A stretch of 58,401 nt of DNA, counting the filler, from Squatina squatina (taxonomy: Eukaryota), in assembly GCA_031763465.1 (NCBI GenBank). It is 4 parts of 4 records of this genome, joined end to end, with 100 filler letters (N's around TTAATTAATTAA, not from the genome) between each part and the next. Parts side by side here need not be neighbours in the genome. Positions count along the whole stretch, not along the records: positions 19,037 to 32,625 come from JARFOE010000016.1; positions 32,726 to 45,964 come from JARFOE010000013.1; 2 more parts are not named here. One strand, 5' to 3'. Below are positions 25,736-37,557 of the stretch, piece by piece. The notes under the pieces were generated by a model. It searched no databases. It saw only the letters and a list, made by a program, of their open reading frames with translations, and was not told the DNA's origin. How positions within the stretch are numbered: position 1 is the stretch's first letter; every line of letters begins with the position of its first letter. The position numbers and the translations under genes were made by a program.

Positions 25736-26502
25736 NNNNNNNNNNTGCCAGCTTCATCTGTTATCCACTGTTCAAACAAACATATTTTAAAAAAAATTAT
25801 CAGGCGTTGGGATGTTAATTGCAGTTTTGTCAACTGTATCACATTTAAGAGGTGTGATGATGATGCGATTCCCACTTCAAATCCAAGCCATCGATAAATT
25901 GTCTAGACTGGTGCATGCGGAGCTCGCATTTGCTGCGACGTAACTGAGACCGGCTGAATTGTTTTTCATCTATTAGATGTCTGTGCGCCCAGTGAGGCCC
26001 ATATGGCCTGGTAACGATTGCCATAGGCACCCCCAGCTGCACAGCACCACAAGTAGAATTCAAGCCCTCTCTCCTTCTGCTGGGCTCACTGCTGCCTCAG
26101 TTGAATGAAATGGGGTTGCGGGAGGATGCACTTCACAGTTCCTTGTAGCTTTTCAGGGAATGTCATGGATGTTTCCTCACACAATCTTTTAGGGTCTTAG
26201 TTTTTCAATCTCTTTTGAATTCATGCTGAAATAATGGAGGGACATAGTTATGATTCATGTCTCAAATATCTGTTCATACTGTATAATAATTGGTTAGTAC
26301 CAGGCTGTGATGAAATGGATNNNNNNNNNNNNNNNNNNNNNNNNNNNNNNNNNNNNNNNNNNNNNNNNNNNNNNNNNNNNNNNNNNNNNNNNNNNNNNNN
26401 NNNNNNNNNNNNNNNNNNNNTTTCTTATATCTGTTTGAGCTCTAACTCATATAAATAAAATTCAGTTCCTGACTGGTTAAAAATGAATGTTGGTTTTCCA
26501 TT

Positions 26503-26824
26503 GTAACGTAGGTGTCCTAAGGCGAACTCTAGGAGGACAGAAAGCTCCCATGGAGCAGGAGGGTAAAAGCTTGCTTGATCTTGATTTCCAGTATGAATAC
26601 AGACCATGAAATCGGGGCCTCACGATCCTTCTGCCCTTTTGGGTTTTGAGCAGTAGGTGTCAGAAGAATTACTATAGGGAAAACTGGCTTGTGGCAGCCA
26701 AGCGTTCATAACGACATCACTTTTTGATCCTTCGATGTTGGCTCTTCCTATCATTGTGAAGCAGAATTCACCAAGTGTTGGATTGTTCACCTACTAATAG
26801 GAAACGTGAGTTGGGGTTAGATCA

Positions 26825-26856
<32 letters not shown>

Positions 26857-26903
26857 ATGTGTTGTTGCAATAGTAATTGTGCAAGAGGAATCATAGATTC
26901 AGA
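26503..26903 (+). pseudogene. Decayed 28S rRNA fragment (domain V to sarcin-ricin loop region)
   Basis: Contains ggtgtcctaaggcga, actggcttgtggcagccaagcgttcata, tttttgatccttcgatgttggctcttcctatcattgtgaagcagaattcaccaag and cgtgagacaggttagttttaccctact. Many substitutions and no flanking rDNA. Confidence 0.92.
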
Positions 26904-27169
26904 ACCACAGCTAGACATTGATACTAAGCTGGTACTTCAAGTGACTGAATCAAACCTGCCCAGTGTCGGAATTCTTTTCAGTGTTTTATGTAGATTTTAG
27001 CATTGAGTGTCGTCAGTAAATCTGAATTTGAAATTCTTGATCTTCATACTTGGATAAAATCTCAATTTTGGGCCTGGTTTCCATTCTGATCCAATTATTC
27101 TACCATCTTTTCTTTAGTTTATTATGATCGGCCAAATTTAAAATTGGCGGGTCTGGTTATCAGAACTGA

Positions 27170-27380
27170 GCGACGCCTGATCCTGTCTTCCCCTGACAAC
27201 CATATGCACAGTACTCCAGCAATCAGGAGCAGGAATACTGTGTGATCTTTCCCACCCTAATCCAGAGATGACGACAAAATTATGGCATCCTCGCTACAAA
27301 AGCGAGTAAGATCAGCCAACTTAGCACGAATGAGGAATTGAACCAGGATCTTCATGATCTGTATAAGGCTGAACCACCTT
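27170..27380 (-). mobile_element. Degenerate tRNA-derived SINE (same family as 19-300)
   Basis: cctgatcctgtc...ccagcaatcaggagcaggaa...agatcagccaacttagcac...aattgaaccagg. Confidence 0.5.
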
Positions 27381-27539
27381 GGGAATATCTTAAAATAGGT
27401 GCCTCCTTATCACGGCCTCATTTAATAAAACACAGTTGCAAAGAATTGCAATTAAAATGATTGCTTCTAGCTATTTCCACTAATTATGTGAATGTTTGTT
27501 TTTATACCTTCTGGAGGCATATTAATGGGACACAGAAAG

Positions 27540-27790
27540 TCAACTGAAACAACATTTTCCGACATGTCAGGGCGATAGGACAGGAGGGCATAGGTTGAGA
27601 GTCATAAAGGGCAAGTTTAGCACCGACATCAGGAAGTATTTCTTTACACAGAGGCTGATCTACAGCGGGAATGGGCTGCACGGAAGGATAGTTGAGGCCA
27701 GGAAACAGATCGATGGTGTAATGGGGGAAAGGGTAGGGTTGGTACTCTGGAAGGATGAGATCAAATGGGCATGAAGGGCTTTCTTTGTCC
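27540..27790 (+). mobile_element. Old CR1 LINE 3' fragment
   Basis: ggacaggagggcata...caggaagtatttctttacacagagg resembles the CR1 TRGH..RKxFFTQRV region, followed by aatgggc..aagggc tail remnants. Confidence 0.6.
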
Positions 27791-29814
27791 AGACTGATGT
27801 TGTCCATTAACCGATGAATGTTGATGACATTATCGGAAGACTGGATGGGAGGAGCTTCTGAGCCCAATAGTGTAAAACATCTGAATTAACAGACAGGCAA
27901 AGTTGAAGCCAGCGGACCCTGGGGTAATGACTGTATCGCAATTGCTGACTCATTTCACTCCCTCACATGGTTAGGAAGACTAAAAATCTCCTCCACAGCA
28001 GTTTCCCCCAGTGATGTCACCAGAACTGGCTCTTTAAACAAAGCTATTCCAATGACCAACAGCAATAAATGACCATTTTATTGCTTGAATGTTGCTTTTG
28101 TTTAGGATTGTTTAATAATTTTGCCAGAAATTCCTGCGAAATTGTCCATGTTTGATGTGCGCGGCACTCACAGAGTGCCATTCAGACCTGACATTTCACT
28201 GACTGTCTGATAACGACTGGCTGGAAATGAAAATAGAAAGACCGGCCCACTCTAGGCTGATCCGACATTCGATAATCTGAATGGACTCATTTTACAAACA
28301 GCTTTTCAGTCTCCCCCTTACAATTTGATAGCAAAGTGGAGGAACACCCACCTTTTTCCTTCTGTGCTTTTCAGAGTGAGAGATGGCTGCCCAATAATGG
28401 AGCATTNNNNNNNNNNNNNNNNNNNNNNNNNNNNNNNNNNNNNNNNNNNNNNNNNNNNNNNNNNNNNNNNNNNNNNNNNNNNNNNNNNNNNNNNNNNNNN
28501 NNNNNNTACAAACAGATATTGGCAGTTGAGACTTGACTAAGGGATGCTCAGGGAGCATCTTTTTACCATGAGCCCCAAATAGCTGCCAATAATTCCTTAA
28601 TTATGGTGAGCATAGAAACACAGCTCTGCGACCAACAGCACAGTGGAATCTATGGTCCATTTCCGTTTGATTTGGCAGTGAATAAAATGAGGCAAAACTT
28701 TCCTTATTTAATTGAAACCACTTGGAAGAGAAACACTGAGTGAGTCCTAGGAACTAATCTATCTTGATGCCAAATCAAATAAGGCTGATGCAGGTTCCTG
28801 GAGTTCATCAACTCATTTAACAAAAGACAAAGCTGTCAAGATTGAGAGCTTTCCATGCAAAAGAATCCTGACTTACAAGAACATAATGGTTTAAATGGAA
28901 GACGTGTAAGTTTCAAATGCATCATATTCCATGGGGAGCAGGAGGAACACATACAGAATTGGATTTTTGTGGTTCTATCACAAAATGCGATATGAGAGCA
29001 AGTTGCCCAAAGGAATAATTCCTGAATGATTGTTGGGGAACAGCACCCTAACAAAACTTTTGGAACGAGGTGAGCTTTACTTTACGCGGTCTTCCCATTC
29101 ATTACTGCAATCGCTCCAGATATCAAATATTTGGCTACGCGTACAATTCTAACACGTCTTCATCATGCACCTCAGGCATACACACACACACAATTGGCCG
29201 TCATCCCAATCCCAGACACGGAAATGCTGTCTCCAACCTAAGCTTTAGATCCCTGGAAGTCTACGACACCATTCAGTGCTGCGAGGGTTAATCATCTAAA
29301 ATAAAAATACTTGGTTTAATAAAAGTAAGAGGGGAAGAAGTTTGTTGACACAGTATTGAGATCTCTCTTGCATGATTTGCTGATTGCAGCAGACCTGCCA
29401 AACTGTATCTAACCATCTGTTCGAGTTCTGCCAACACACTGCTACAAGACAGCTGCAATCAGTTTCTCAATCATGCTTGATTTTGTCCTTTGGACAGCGA
29501 GCAGTCTACTCACAACAAGATGGGAAAAAGCCTTTGATGCTGAGTCTCAAGAGTAGGGAAATCTTAAGGAGTAGTCTCATCATAATGGAGACTTTTCGGC
29601 CAAGTTAAGAATGGTTCGATATTATTGTGTTGGCTGGTGGTGTTATATCTGTTACAGTACAACCTCCTGAGACAGATTTTTGTGATATTACTTTAATTGT
29701 CATTGAAGAAAAATAATTAATCGCTGTAGATGCAACATGCGATGCAAATGCAGCCTGTAAGCAACACTAATCAGTTGTACATTACATCCTCTGTAACTGT
29801 GACCATAGTGCATT

Positions 29815-29940
29815 TTCCTGCCTTTTCCTCATCTACATGCTGCCCCTTGGCACCATCATCTGGCAACACAGGGTCAGCTTCCACATGTACGTTGACAACA
29901 CCCAGCTCTCCCACTCTGTCACCTCGCTTGATCCCTGCAG
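29815..29940 (+). mobile_element. L2 LINE RT fragment
   Basis: FLIYMLPLGTIIWQHRVSFHMYVDNTQL resembles the L2 RT YADD region (FHMYADDTQL). Confidence 0.8.
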
Positions 29941-30375
29941 TGTTGGCTGTGGCTCAGTGGGTAGCACACTTGCCTCTGAGTCAAAAAGTGGTGGGTTTAA
30001 TCTCATTCCAGGATCTTGAGCACATAAATCTAGGCTGCGGGAGTACTGCACTGTCGAGGGTATTGTCTTTCAGATGAAATGTTAAACTGAGGTCCTGCCT
30101 GTGCTCTCAGGTGGATGTAAAAGATCCCATGGCAATATTTCAAAGAAGAGCAGTGGAGTGGTCCTGGTGTTCTGTCCAATACTTATCCCTCAATAAACAA
30201 AAACAGATTATCTGGTCATTGTCACAATGCTGTTTGTGGGAGCTTGCTGTGTGTGAATTGGCTGCTGCATTTCCTACATTACAACAGTGACTACACTCCA
30301 AAAGTACTTAATTGATTATAGAGCACTTTGAGACATCCTGAGGCCATGAAAAGCACTATATAAATAAAAGATCTT
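29941..30375 (+). mobile_element. Near full-length SacSINE1/DeuSINE-like SINE
   Basis: A-box tggctcagtggg, Deu-like core, and 3' tail ending gcactatataaataaaagatctttt. Confidence 0.85.
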
Positions 30376-30389
30376 TTTTTCCTCTTTAT

Positions 30390-31155
30390 TGGGTGTGGGT
30401 GTTGGACTTTGGTAGCATGGGTGGCGGGGGGATGATTTGGAGACATGGCAGTATTGTGAAGGATGAATCTATGATTTGGTAACATTGGAAGGTGGAATGT
30501 GGGATTTGAAATACTGGATGATTCTTCAGGTACAGCATTATTTGGGGCCGGAATAAGGTTTTGCATTAATGCGGCGGATTGTGGGGTACAATACCATTGT
30601 GGAGGATCATATAATATGGAACTATTGGCAAGAGTTAACAGTGTTGCCCCAGCACTGGTGCCAAAAGGAGGGAAGGGTATAGGAAGTGACAATATTGGGA
30701 AGGGCTGAGGTATGGAGTACAAAGGAGGACTCTAGAGGGTGTCAGAACGGAGGGGAGGGAGAAGGATCTTGCAGCATTGTGTGTGGGTGATAGAGGAGGG
30801 GCCACAACAATATGACTGCATTGGGGAGGATCTTGATAATGTGTCACCATCGGAAGCAGGTGTTGGGTCTAGTAGCAGTATTGGGGATATGAGAATGTGC
30901 AAGTACTGTGAGATAGGAAGGGAAATCTAAGGGCCTTGGAGTACTGACTGGGGGCAGGTACATAGGCCTGAAAATACTGTGGAAAAGAATCCTGGAGTCT
31001 GGTATCTCTGGGGAGGGATTTCAAGGTTTGGTAACACTGAGAGTGAACTTAGTCTGGGACCATTGGTGTGTGTGTGTAGGTTCCTGCGTTTGGGAGGGAT
31101 GTCCCTGCATTGGGAGCACCGAGAAGGAGATGCTATGGTCTGAGAGCACTGGATA
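30390..31155. repeat. G-rich low-complexity / highly degenerate tandem region
   Basis: Strong G-over-C skew with recurring ag(t/c)a(c/t)tg-ggg-like motifs. No clean period visible. Confidence 0.4.
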
Positions 31156-32669
31156 ANNNNNNNNNNNNNNNNNNNNNNNNNNNNNNNNNNNNNNNNNNNN
31201 NNNNNNNNNNNNNNNNNNNNNNNNNNNNNNNNNNNNNNNNNNNNNNNNNNNNNNNNATCTATACTATTCGCTTCAACCACTCCCTATGGCAGCGAGTTCC
31301 GCCTTCTCAATGTAAATTGAGGCTCGGATTTTAGCTACGGTCTCCTGACTAGGGCTCCAATACTCCAGCGTTGTTGCTGCAGGACTGCCCTCCATGCAGA
31401 TAGCTTGAAAATATCATTGTCATTCTGGTGGTGTAACCCTCCCAGTAAATCCTATTATATCACAATCAACATGCATCCTGTCACCAGCAACTTCAGAATA
31501 TCTTCGCTGCCTTTGATTAATTAGCAGCCACTTCACTGCTGATGGCTTCATTGAAAATATCCTCAATCTCATTTTCATATCAAGTAATCCTTTCAGTGGT
31601 AAGCCTGTAAAATCCATGCAAATAAATCTGATTGCTGGGGGCAACTTCAGGGTAATTAGACTGATTTGGATTAATTAGTGACATCCCCTCAGTGGCAGGT
31701 TTAGCCTTTTCAGATTGAAACCCAGTTTAATGAGAGCAGTCTCGTCCTTGGGGTTGGTTTTAAAGTGGGTGTCTTACCAACAAATCTGCTTTTTGAAATG
31801 GATTCTCTCAGAAATTTTTGCTTAGGTGTTTATACCAAATGCGAGAAAGATTCAAAATAACAGTAAGATGCGNNNNNNNNNNNNNNNNNNNNNNNNNNNN
31901 NNNNNNNNNNNNNNNNNNNNNNNNNNNNNNNNNNNNNNNNNNNNNNNNNNNNNNNNNNNNNNNNNNNNNNNNCTGCTTTGAAGGTTACTATTGTTACTGA
32001 CTTCTCACTGCAGTCTGAGCGTAGACAGCAGCTTCCCCAGTTAATAAAACCCAGCCCGATGTTAGCACGTCATGCCACAGTCTTGGCACTGTGACACAGT
32101 TTAGAATATCCTCCCTGGAACGCTGGTAACCGGTGAAGTCAGGAGTTAACTTTCAACACATCAGCACTGGAAGGGAAGGTCTGGGCTTTACTGTCCATGT
32201 TGTCGGAGTATAAATCTTTAACGTGTTAAAATAAAAATTGGTTGGCAGCAGCAGACATGAAAGGGAACGAGCCCTGGCAGTGGATGAAAGTGAATTTGAA
32301 ATGGCATGAACTGAAGAGATCTGGCCTTCCTCTCCTCAACATGTCACCCTGTCAGTATGTAACAAGGATTCCTTTTCAAATGCAGAGCCAAAGCCCACAG
32401 ATAAATAACAGGAGAAAGATCCAAGTGACTGGGTGATTGCTGAGAGCAATTATGGCATAATGGGTAGAGCAAGTGATTAGTTATTGCTCAGATCCACTTA
32501 GAAGCTGGCATTTTCACAGCGTGTGGAACTTTTTACTCAAAACCGCAGTATTAGGGCAGGTCTCTCTGGTAAGTGTAGGAAATCCCAAGTAATTCATTGT
32601 ATGTGAAGTGCTTTGGGAGGTTCCTNNNNNNNNNNNNNNNNNNNNNNNNNNNNNNNNNNNNNNNNNNNN

Positions 32670-32681
32670 TTAATTAATTAA
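32670..32681. other. Artificial scaffold linker TTAATTAATTAA
   Basis: Same 44N-12mer-44N structure as 18981. Confidence 0.95.
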
Positions 32682-32739
32682 NNNNNNNNNNNNNNNNNNN
32701 NNNNNNNNNNNNNNNNNNNNNNNNNAAAAATATAGAAAT

Positions 32740-32955
32740 AAAAAGCTGGTATCAGTAATGTCCTTTAGGGAAGGAAACGTGCCATCCTTACTTGGTCTAG
32801 CCTATACGTGACTCGAATCCCACACCCATGTGGTTGACTCATAACTGTCGTCTAATATGGCTTAGCAAGCCACTTAGTTGTCTTAATGTCAGGGCCAGGC
32901 AATAAATATCGGCCTTGCCAGCGACCCACATCCTGGGAATGAATGTAAAAAAAAA
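32740..32955 (+). mobile_element. SINE 3' half sharing its tail with the LINE at 10994
   Basis: gtcctttagggaaggaaac...tgtggttgactc core, then ggcaataaatatcggccttgccagcgacccacatcctgggaatgaatg(a)n. Confidence 0.65.
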
Positions 32956-33730
32956 TACAATGGGGCCTCTGCTCAATTCATCCTTCAATCTGAGTGAGGT
33001 GAGAGGTTGTAGCAAACACATCCGTGAATTTGGAACAGATGTCTCTCCCAGAATGTTTATCATTCCCACTGCCGTGAAGATGCTGTGAGTTGGGATGGGG
33101 TCATATATAAATCTGTCACCCCGAGATAACTGAAGAGTTCCTGACAAGGCTGGCAGCTGGGTGAGTGGAACACTTCTCGCAATCCTCTACTGTGCGTCGG
33201 ACATGTTATTCCCAGTGCTTATGTTTTCACACATATCGACCCACAATTAAATCTACAAGCGTCTGATAGTCTAATGTGCAGCAGGGTGGGTGGACAGTTA
33301 CAATTACCCGTAATTCAGTGAACGACTATTTTCATCTGTGAGGTAATGGTCTGGCCAGATGGAGTTGAATGATTCAGTTTTATTTCAGGATGACACTGCC
33401 TGACCCATGGGCCACTGGGAGCCGCCACAGCCAATAACAGCCTTAGTGTGAGAAGAGGTGAGACCTTGTAAAGTGACAGCCAGCTGCTCAAGAAGCTAAC
33501 TTAAGACGGGCAAAAGCGCTTTCGCTGTCAGGCTGACAAGGGCAACAGTCAGACATGACGTAAGACCTGCTTATGAGGCTGTGTGTTTTCAACACCTGTT
33601 CTCAGAATGAAGTGAAGAATATCTGCACGANNNNNNNNNNNNNNNNNNNNNNNNNNNNNNNNNNNNNNNNNNNNNNNNNNNNNNNNNNNNNNNNNNNNNN
33701 NNNNNNNNNNNNNNNNNNNNNNNNNNNNNN

Positions 33731-34380
33731 ATCACAGGTATGGTCAGAGAAAGGGGAAGCGGTCTTTAAAGTGGATTTTGAATGCAATAGGGGAGATAGT
33801 GAAGGAAAATGATTTTGGAGAGAATTGCGAAATGCAGGGCATAATGGCTGCTGATCATCCTCTGTCAGTAGAGTCGGTAAGACACAATAGTCTGAAGTCA
33901 AAGGAGTGGCGAATTCAGGCACAGATGTCTGGCTGGAGAAGACTGCTTAGGTAGGGTGCAGTGAGACTGGGGTGATTTGAAAGTGAAGGACAAGGATCTT
34001 GAAGTCAGTTCACTGGAGTAAAGAGACGGACAGAAATCAGGAGAGGCCATGGCCATGCAGTTCTGGATTAACTGAAGAACGGAGGCAAAGAGACCAACAA
34101 GAAGAAGGTCAGTGAAGTAATGAAGGAATAGATTAGGGTTTTAGCAGTGGAAGGCAAGAAATATAGGCATAAGCAGGCACTGTTCTGCAGGTGGAAAAAC
34201 GCAATCTTGACAACAGCTGGATTTTAGGTAAAATGCTCAGTTTAGAATTGAAGAGGATGTTGTTGAACAGCACAAGATCCAATCTGAAAGAACAGCTGAA
34301 GTGGCTGATGGAGTTAGAGTCAAGGGCATGTAGGATCAAAGCTGATTCATGCAGCTCAGTACTTACATGCTGTTAGATAG
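33731..34380 (-). mobile_element. Degenerate L2-type LINE
   Basis: Purine-rich plus strand typical of antisense L2 ORF2. No intact frame. Confidence 0.45.
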
Positions 34381-34504
34381 GAGGAAGCAGATTTTGTTCT
34401 GAATAACAGGCAACCCAGAGACCTAAATTTATAACCTCCTGTTTGAGAGTCAAATGGCATCTGCTTGATCTGTTAGGTATCCTATTATAACTTCTGTATT
34501 GTAC

Positions 34505-34790
34505 TGATATGCCATGACCTTTGATACAATGCAAATTGCTTATGTCTCCTAACAGGGAAACTCACTGTTGCACTGAAACCATTCCAAGCATATCTTTTAG
34601 ACATGACATCAAATGGTTTCCGTTGAAGGGTCACCATCTGACACTAATTTGATTGATTGGTTGTCCCTCGGGGCTCTACAATGGGATCATTACAGTTCCC
34701 AGATTATGTTAATAGCCAGCAGAAAGTCTGTACCCACACTAAACTACTTTCATCTGCCAGCGATACAGTTCTTCACCAATCATAAATCTA
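34505..34790 (+). mobile_element. Highly decayed LINE RT remnant
   Basis: Motif order AFDT-like (acctttgataca), SYL..R.Q.V.V.G (agcatatcttttagacatgacatcaaatggtttccgttgaaggg) and GVPQGS-like (tgtccctcggggctct). Confidence 0.45.
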
Positions 34791-34913
34791 TAGACATAAT
34801 TGGAAAGGTTTTANNNNNNNNNNNNNNNNNNNNNNNNNNNNNNNNNNNNNNNNNNNNNNNNNNNNNNNNNNNNNNNNNNNNNNNNNNNNNNNNNNNNNNN
34901 NNNNNNNNNNNNN

Positions 34914-35354
34914 CAACACCCACGGCAAAGAGCCTGATGCCAGCGGAGTGAGCCAAGGTAGCATTCGGCAGCACTTCATCCTGACTTCTGCCATCTGTCA
35001 AGAGGATTGCCACTTTCTGAATGTTCGGATCATTGGGTCTTGCGCCCGCCTGTTGCGAGAAGCTATTCAAAGTGATGTATCCAATGGCCTCCCCAGTTAT
35101 GGTATTCCCTCGGCGGTACCTGATGCTCGCCGCAGCCTGCTTGATATCCTCTATGTTCTGGTAAGCACCTAAGTTGAACTCCGTGTGCGGCTTGTCACTG
35201 TAGCTTACGACCCCTACCCTGGTGTTATCAGGACCGATATCAAACGTCTCCACCAAATTGGCCACCCACTGCCTGACCTTTTCAAAGTTCTCCTTTCCCA
35301 CGCTGTAGGACGTGTCCAGCAGAAAGACCAGATCATAGTGGACGTTCTTGCAGC
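34914..35354 (-). CDS. COL22A1: Collagen XXII alpha 1 (COL22A1-like) vWA-domain exon, 3'-truncated by gap
   Basis: GCKNVHYDLVFLLDTSYSVGKENFEKVRQWVANLVETFDIGPDNTRVGVV...VAILLTDGRSQD...AGIRLFAVGV matches the COL22A1 vWA domain with MIDAS DxSxS...T...D. Acceptor tctgcttccttcacag at 35355. An in-frame ATG at 35427 is an alternative start. Confidence 0.9.
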
Positions 35355-36276
35355 CTGTGAAGGAAGCAGAGTCGGCAGGTAATACATGGTATGCATTGAA
35401 AAGCATCAGCACTGCTCCCCAAAGCATTTCACTGCAACATGCTGCCTCGAAACAGTGGATGCCAGAAAGATAAAGGAAAGCTTGTTTCTTTCACTTAGCT
35501 CCTTTGTGCTCCTTTTGAGAGGAGATCCACTTAAAGTGATGTATGACACAATTGAAGGCTGTTATTATACGCATTTCCAGCCTCTCTCTACAGTTAGTTA
35601 AAGCCTGCCCTCATCAGCCTGAATGTATTAAAGGAAGTTGTTTTCTTGTTAAATCTCAAATGAAAAAGAGCTTCCAGCAGCGGTTTTCAAAGTGCATTCT
35701 ACCTTAAACATTCTATTAGTTAAAAGTAAAGATTTCAATTTAAAATGAAGATGTGTGCTCTGTTGGGTTCTGCTCTATGTTTTAATTTTAAACAACAGCA
35801 CTCTGAGTGAATATTTTTTGTCACGTTTGTGGATTTATTGTAGATAATTTACTCCCAGTGATTTGTTTTAGTGTAGAATTTGTTGTTGTTGTCCTGTATC
35901 ATGAGACTACAAGCCAAGCTGCACTAACCCATTCATGAGGAATGCAGTATTGCACTCCCTTACCCCTCCTTAGTCTTTGATGGCCTTTTTTCTTTGACTA
36001 ACCTCCANNNNNNNNNNNNNNNNNNNNNNNNNNNNNNNNNNNNNNNNNNNNNNNNNNNNNNNNNNNNNNNNNNNNNNNNNNNNNNNNNNNNNNNNNNNNN
36101 NNNNNNNAAGGAAAATGCAGTGGGTTCTGTTACTGGCATGCAAACCTCCCTGCCAGATTTTCCTCTCTGTTACCTGCCCAGGCGACGTTCAACACCTTGG
36201 TTGTGAAGGTGAAAATCTACCCCAATATCTGTCCTGTTCTTCTTTGAATATGCCATTGGATCTTTTTTGTCCAATT

Positions 36277-36447
36277 GAGAGGGCGGACAGGACCTCGGTT
36301 TAATATCTCATCTGAAAGATGGTACCTCTGGCACTTGTTCAGTATTGCACTGGAGCGTCAACCAAGATTAAATGCTCAAATCCTGTGAGCGAGGCTTGAA
36401 TCCATGGCTTTCTGACTCAGAGGCGTGAGTGCTACCACTGAGCCAAG
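36277..36447 (-). mobile_element. DeuSINE-like SINE 5' part
   Basis: Reverse complement has A-box tggctcagtggtagcac, B-box ggattcaagcc and taaaccgaggtcc core. Confidence 0.75.
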
Positions 36448-36914
36448 ACTCCCATCCTTTATGTGGAAAAATGTCACTCCAAAATGGCCTAGCTCTAATT
36501 CTAAGATTATACCACTTTGTTCTGGATTCCCCCAGAATAAGAAATATTTTTCTTTGTAACTGTCCTATTAAATGCCTTTATCATTTTAAACATAGATCTT
36601 GGCTTTCAGCTACTGGTCTGTTGACCCTGAGCACCAAACTATGCAGAGGCATTGTATAATTAAACAGAGAAGGCAATTCTCAAAGGCTTCCAAATGGTTA
36701 ATGTGGCTTCAAAAATAAAAGTAGATGTTGAACCTACTCAATAACCATAATAGAAAGCAGACAGATACACTGATTATATGCTGCAGCAAAGTTTATTTTT
36801 AACTAGTTTGTTAAAAGAAAAATCCCTTTAATCAGATGTTAACATGCCAACAGTATATGTAGAGAAACAGCAGCCTGAAGACCAACTTAACCAACTCTTA
36901 TTGCTTCCTGCACA

Positions 36915-36993
36915 AGCAAAATACTGTGGATGCTGGAATCTGAAATAAAAACAGAAAATGTTGGAAATACTCAGCAGGTCAGGCAGCATCTGT
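36915..36993 (+). mobile_element. Common chondrichthyan repeat end (probably Penelope-associated)
   Basis: gatgctggaatctgaaataaaaacagaaaatgttggaaatactcagcaggtcaggcagcatctgt. Related inverted copies at about 38095-38190 and 48220-48320. Confidence 0.55.
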
Positions 36994-37093
36994 NNNNNNN
37001 NNNNNNNNNNNNNNNNNNNNNNNNNNNNNNNNNNNNNNNNNNNNNNNNNNNNNNNNNNNNNNNNNNNNNNNNNNNNNNNNNNNNNNNNNNNNN

Positions 37094-37557
37094 AGAAATG
37101 TATTTTCTGCCAGTCTTATCTTCTCCAAGTTCTCCAGCTGCTTGCGATTCCTCACTTTTGTTGGCTGGTGTTCAATATTAATTGCTCCAGCGGCAGCCAG
37201 TTTCGCTGCAGCTATCTTGGCCTCCATTTGAATGTCTCGAAGCTTCTCAAGTTGGGCTTTCTTGACATCCTCAGAGAGTTCTAATGGAGCCAACTTTATT
37301 GGCTTTTTAGGAGGAAGTCCTTTCAATTCACCCTTAGCTCCTTGATATGACTTTGGTGACGTAGCCTTGAGCTGGCCCTCATCTGGATTGGCAGATAAGG
37401 ATACATCACCAGGGCAGTCCATATCACTGGTTGGTGAATGATTTGCATTAGGTGCATTTAAGCTCTCTCCATCTTTTGTTTGGTTGAGATTGAGGATGCT
37501 TAGCTTGTTGGAGGCCTTTTCAAATTTGGATTCTGACCTCCCCTCAGTTGGGACTCC
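37094..37557 (-). CDS. Exon of an unrecognised protein, 3'-truncated by gap
   Basis: Stop-free 154 codons starting after ttattttcaag (phase 0). Protein-like composition: disordered S/P/N-rich segment, then LPPKKPIKLAPLELSEDVKKAQLEKLRDIQMEAKIAAAKL, which looks helical/coiled-coil. No TE motifs. Confidence 0.65.

Noticed and set aside
26503-26903. Functional rRNA gene
   Set aside because: Only about 400 nt, with mutations in universally conserved positions and no adjacent rDNA.
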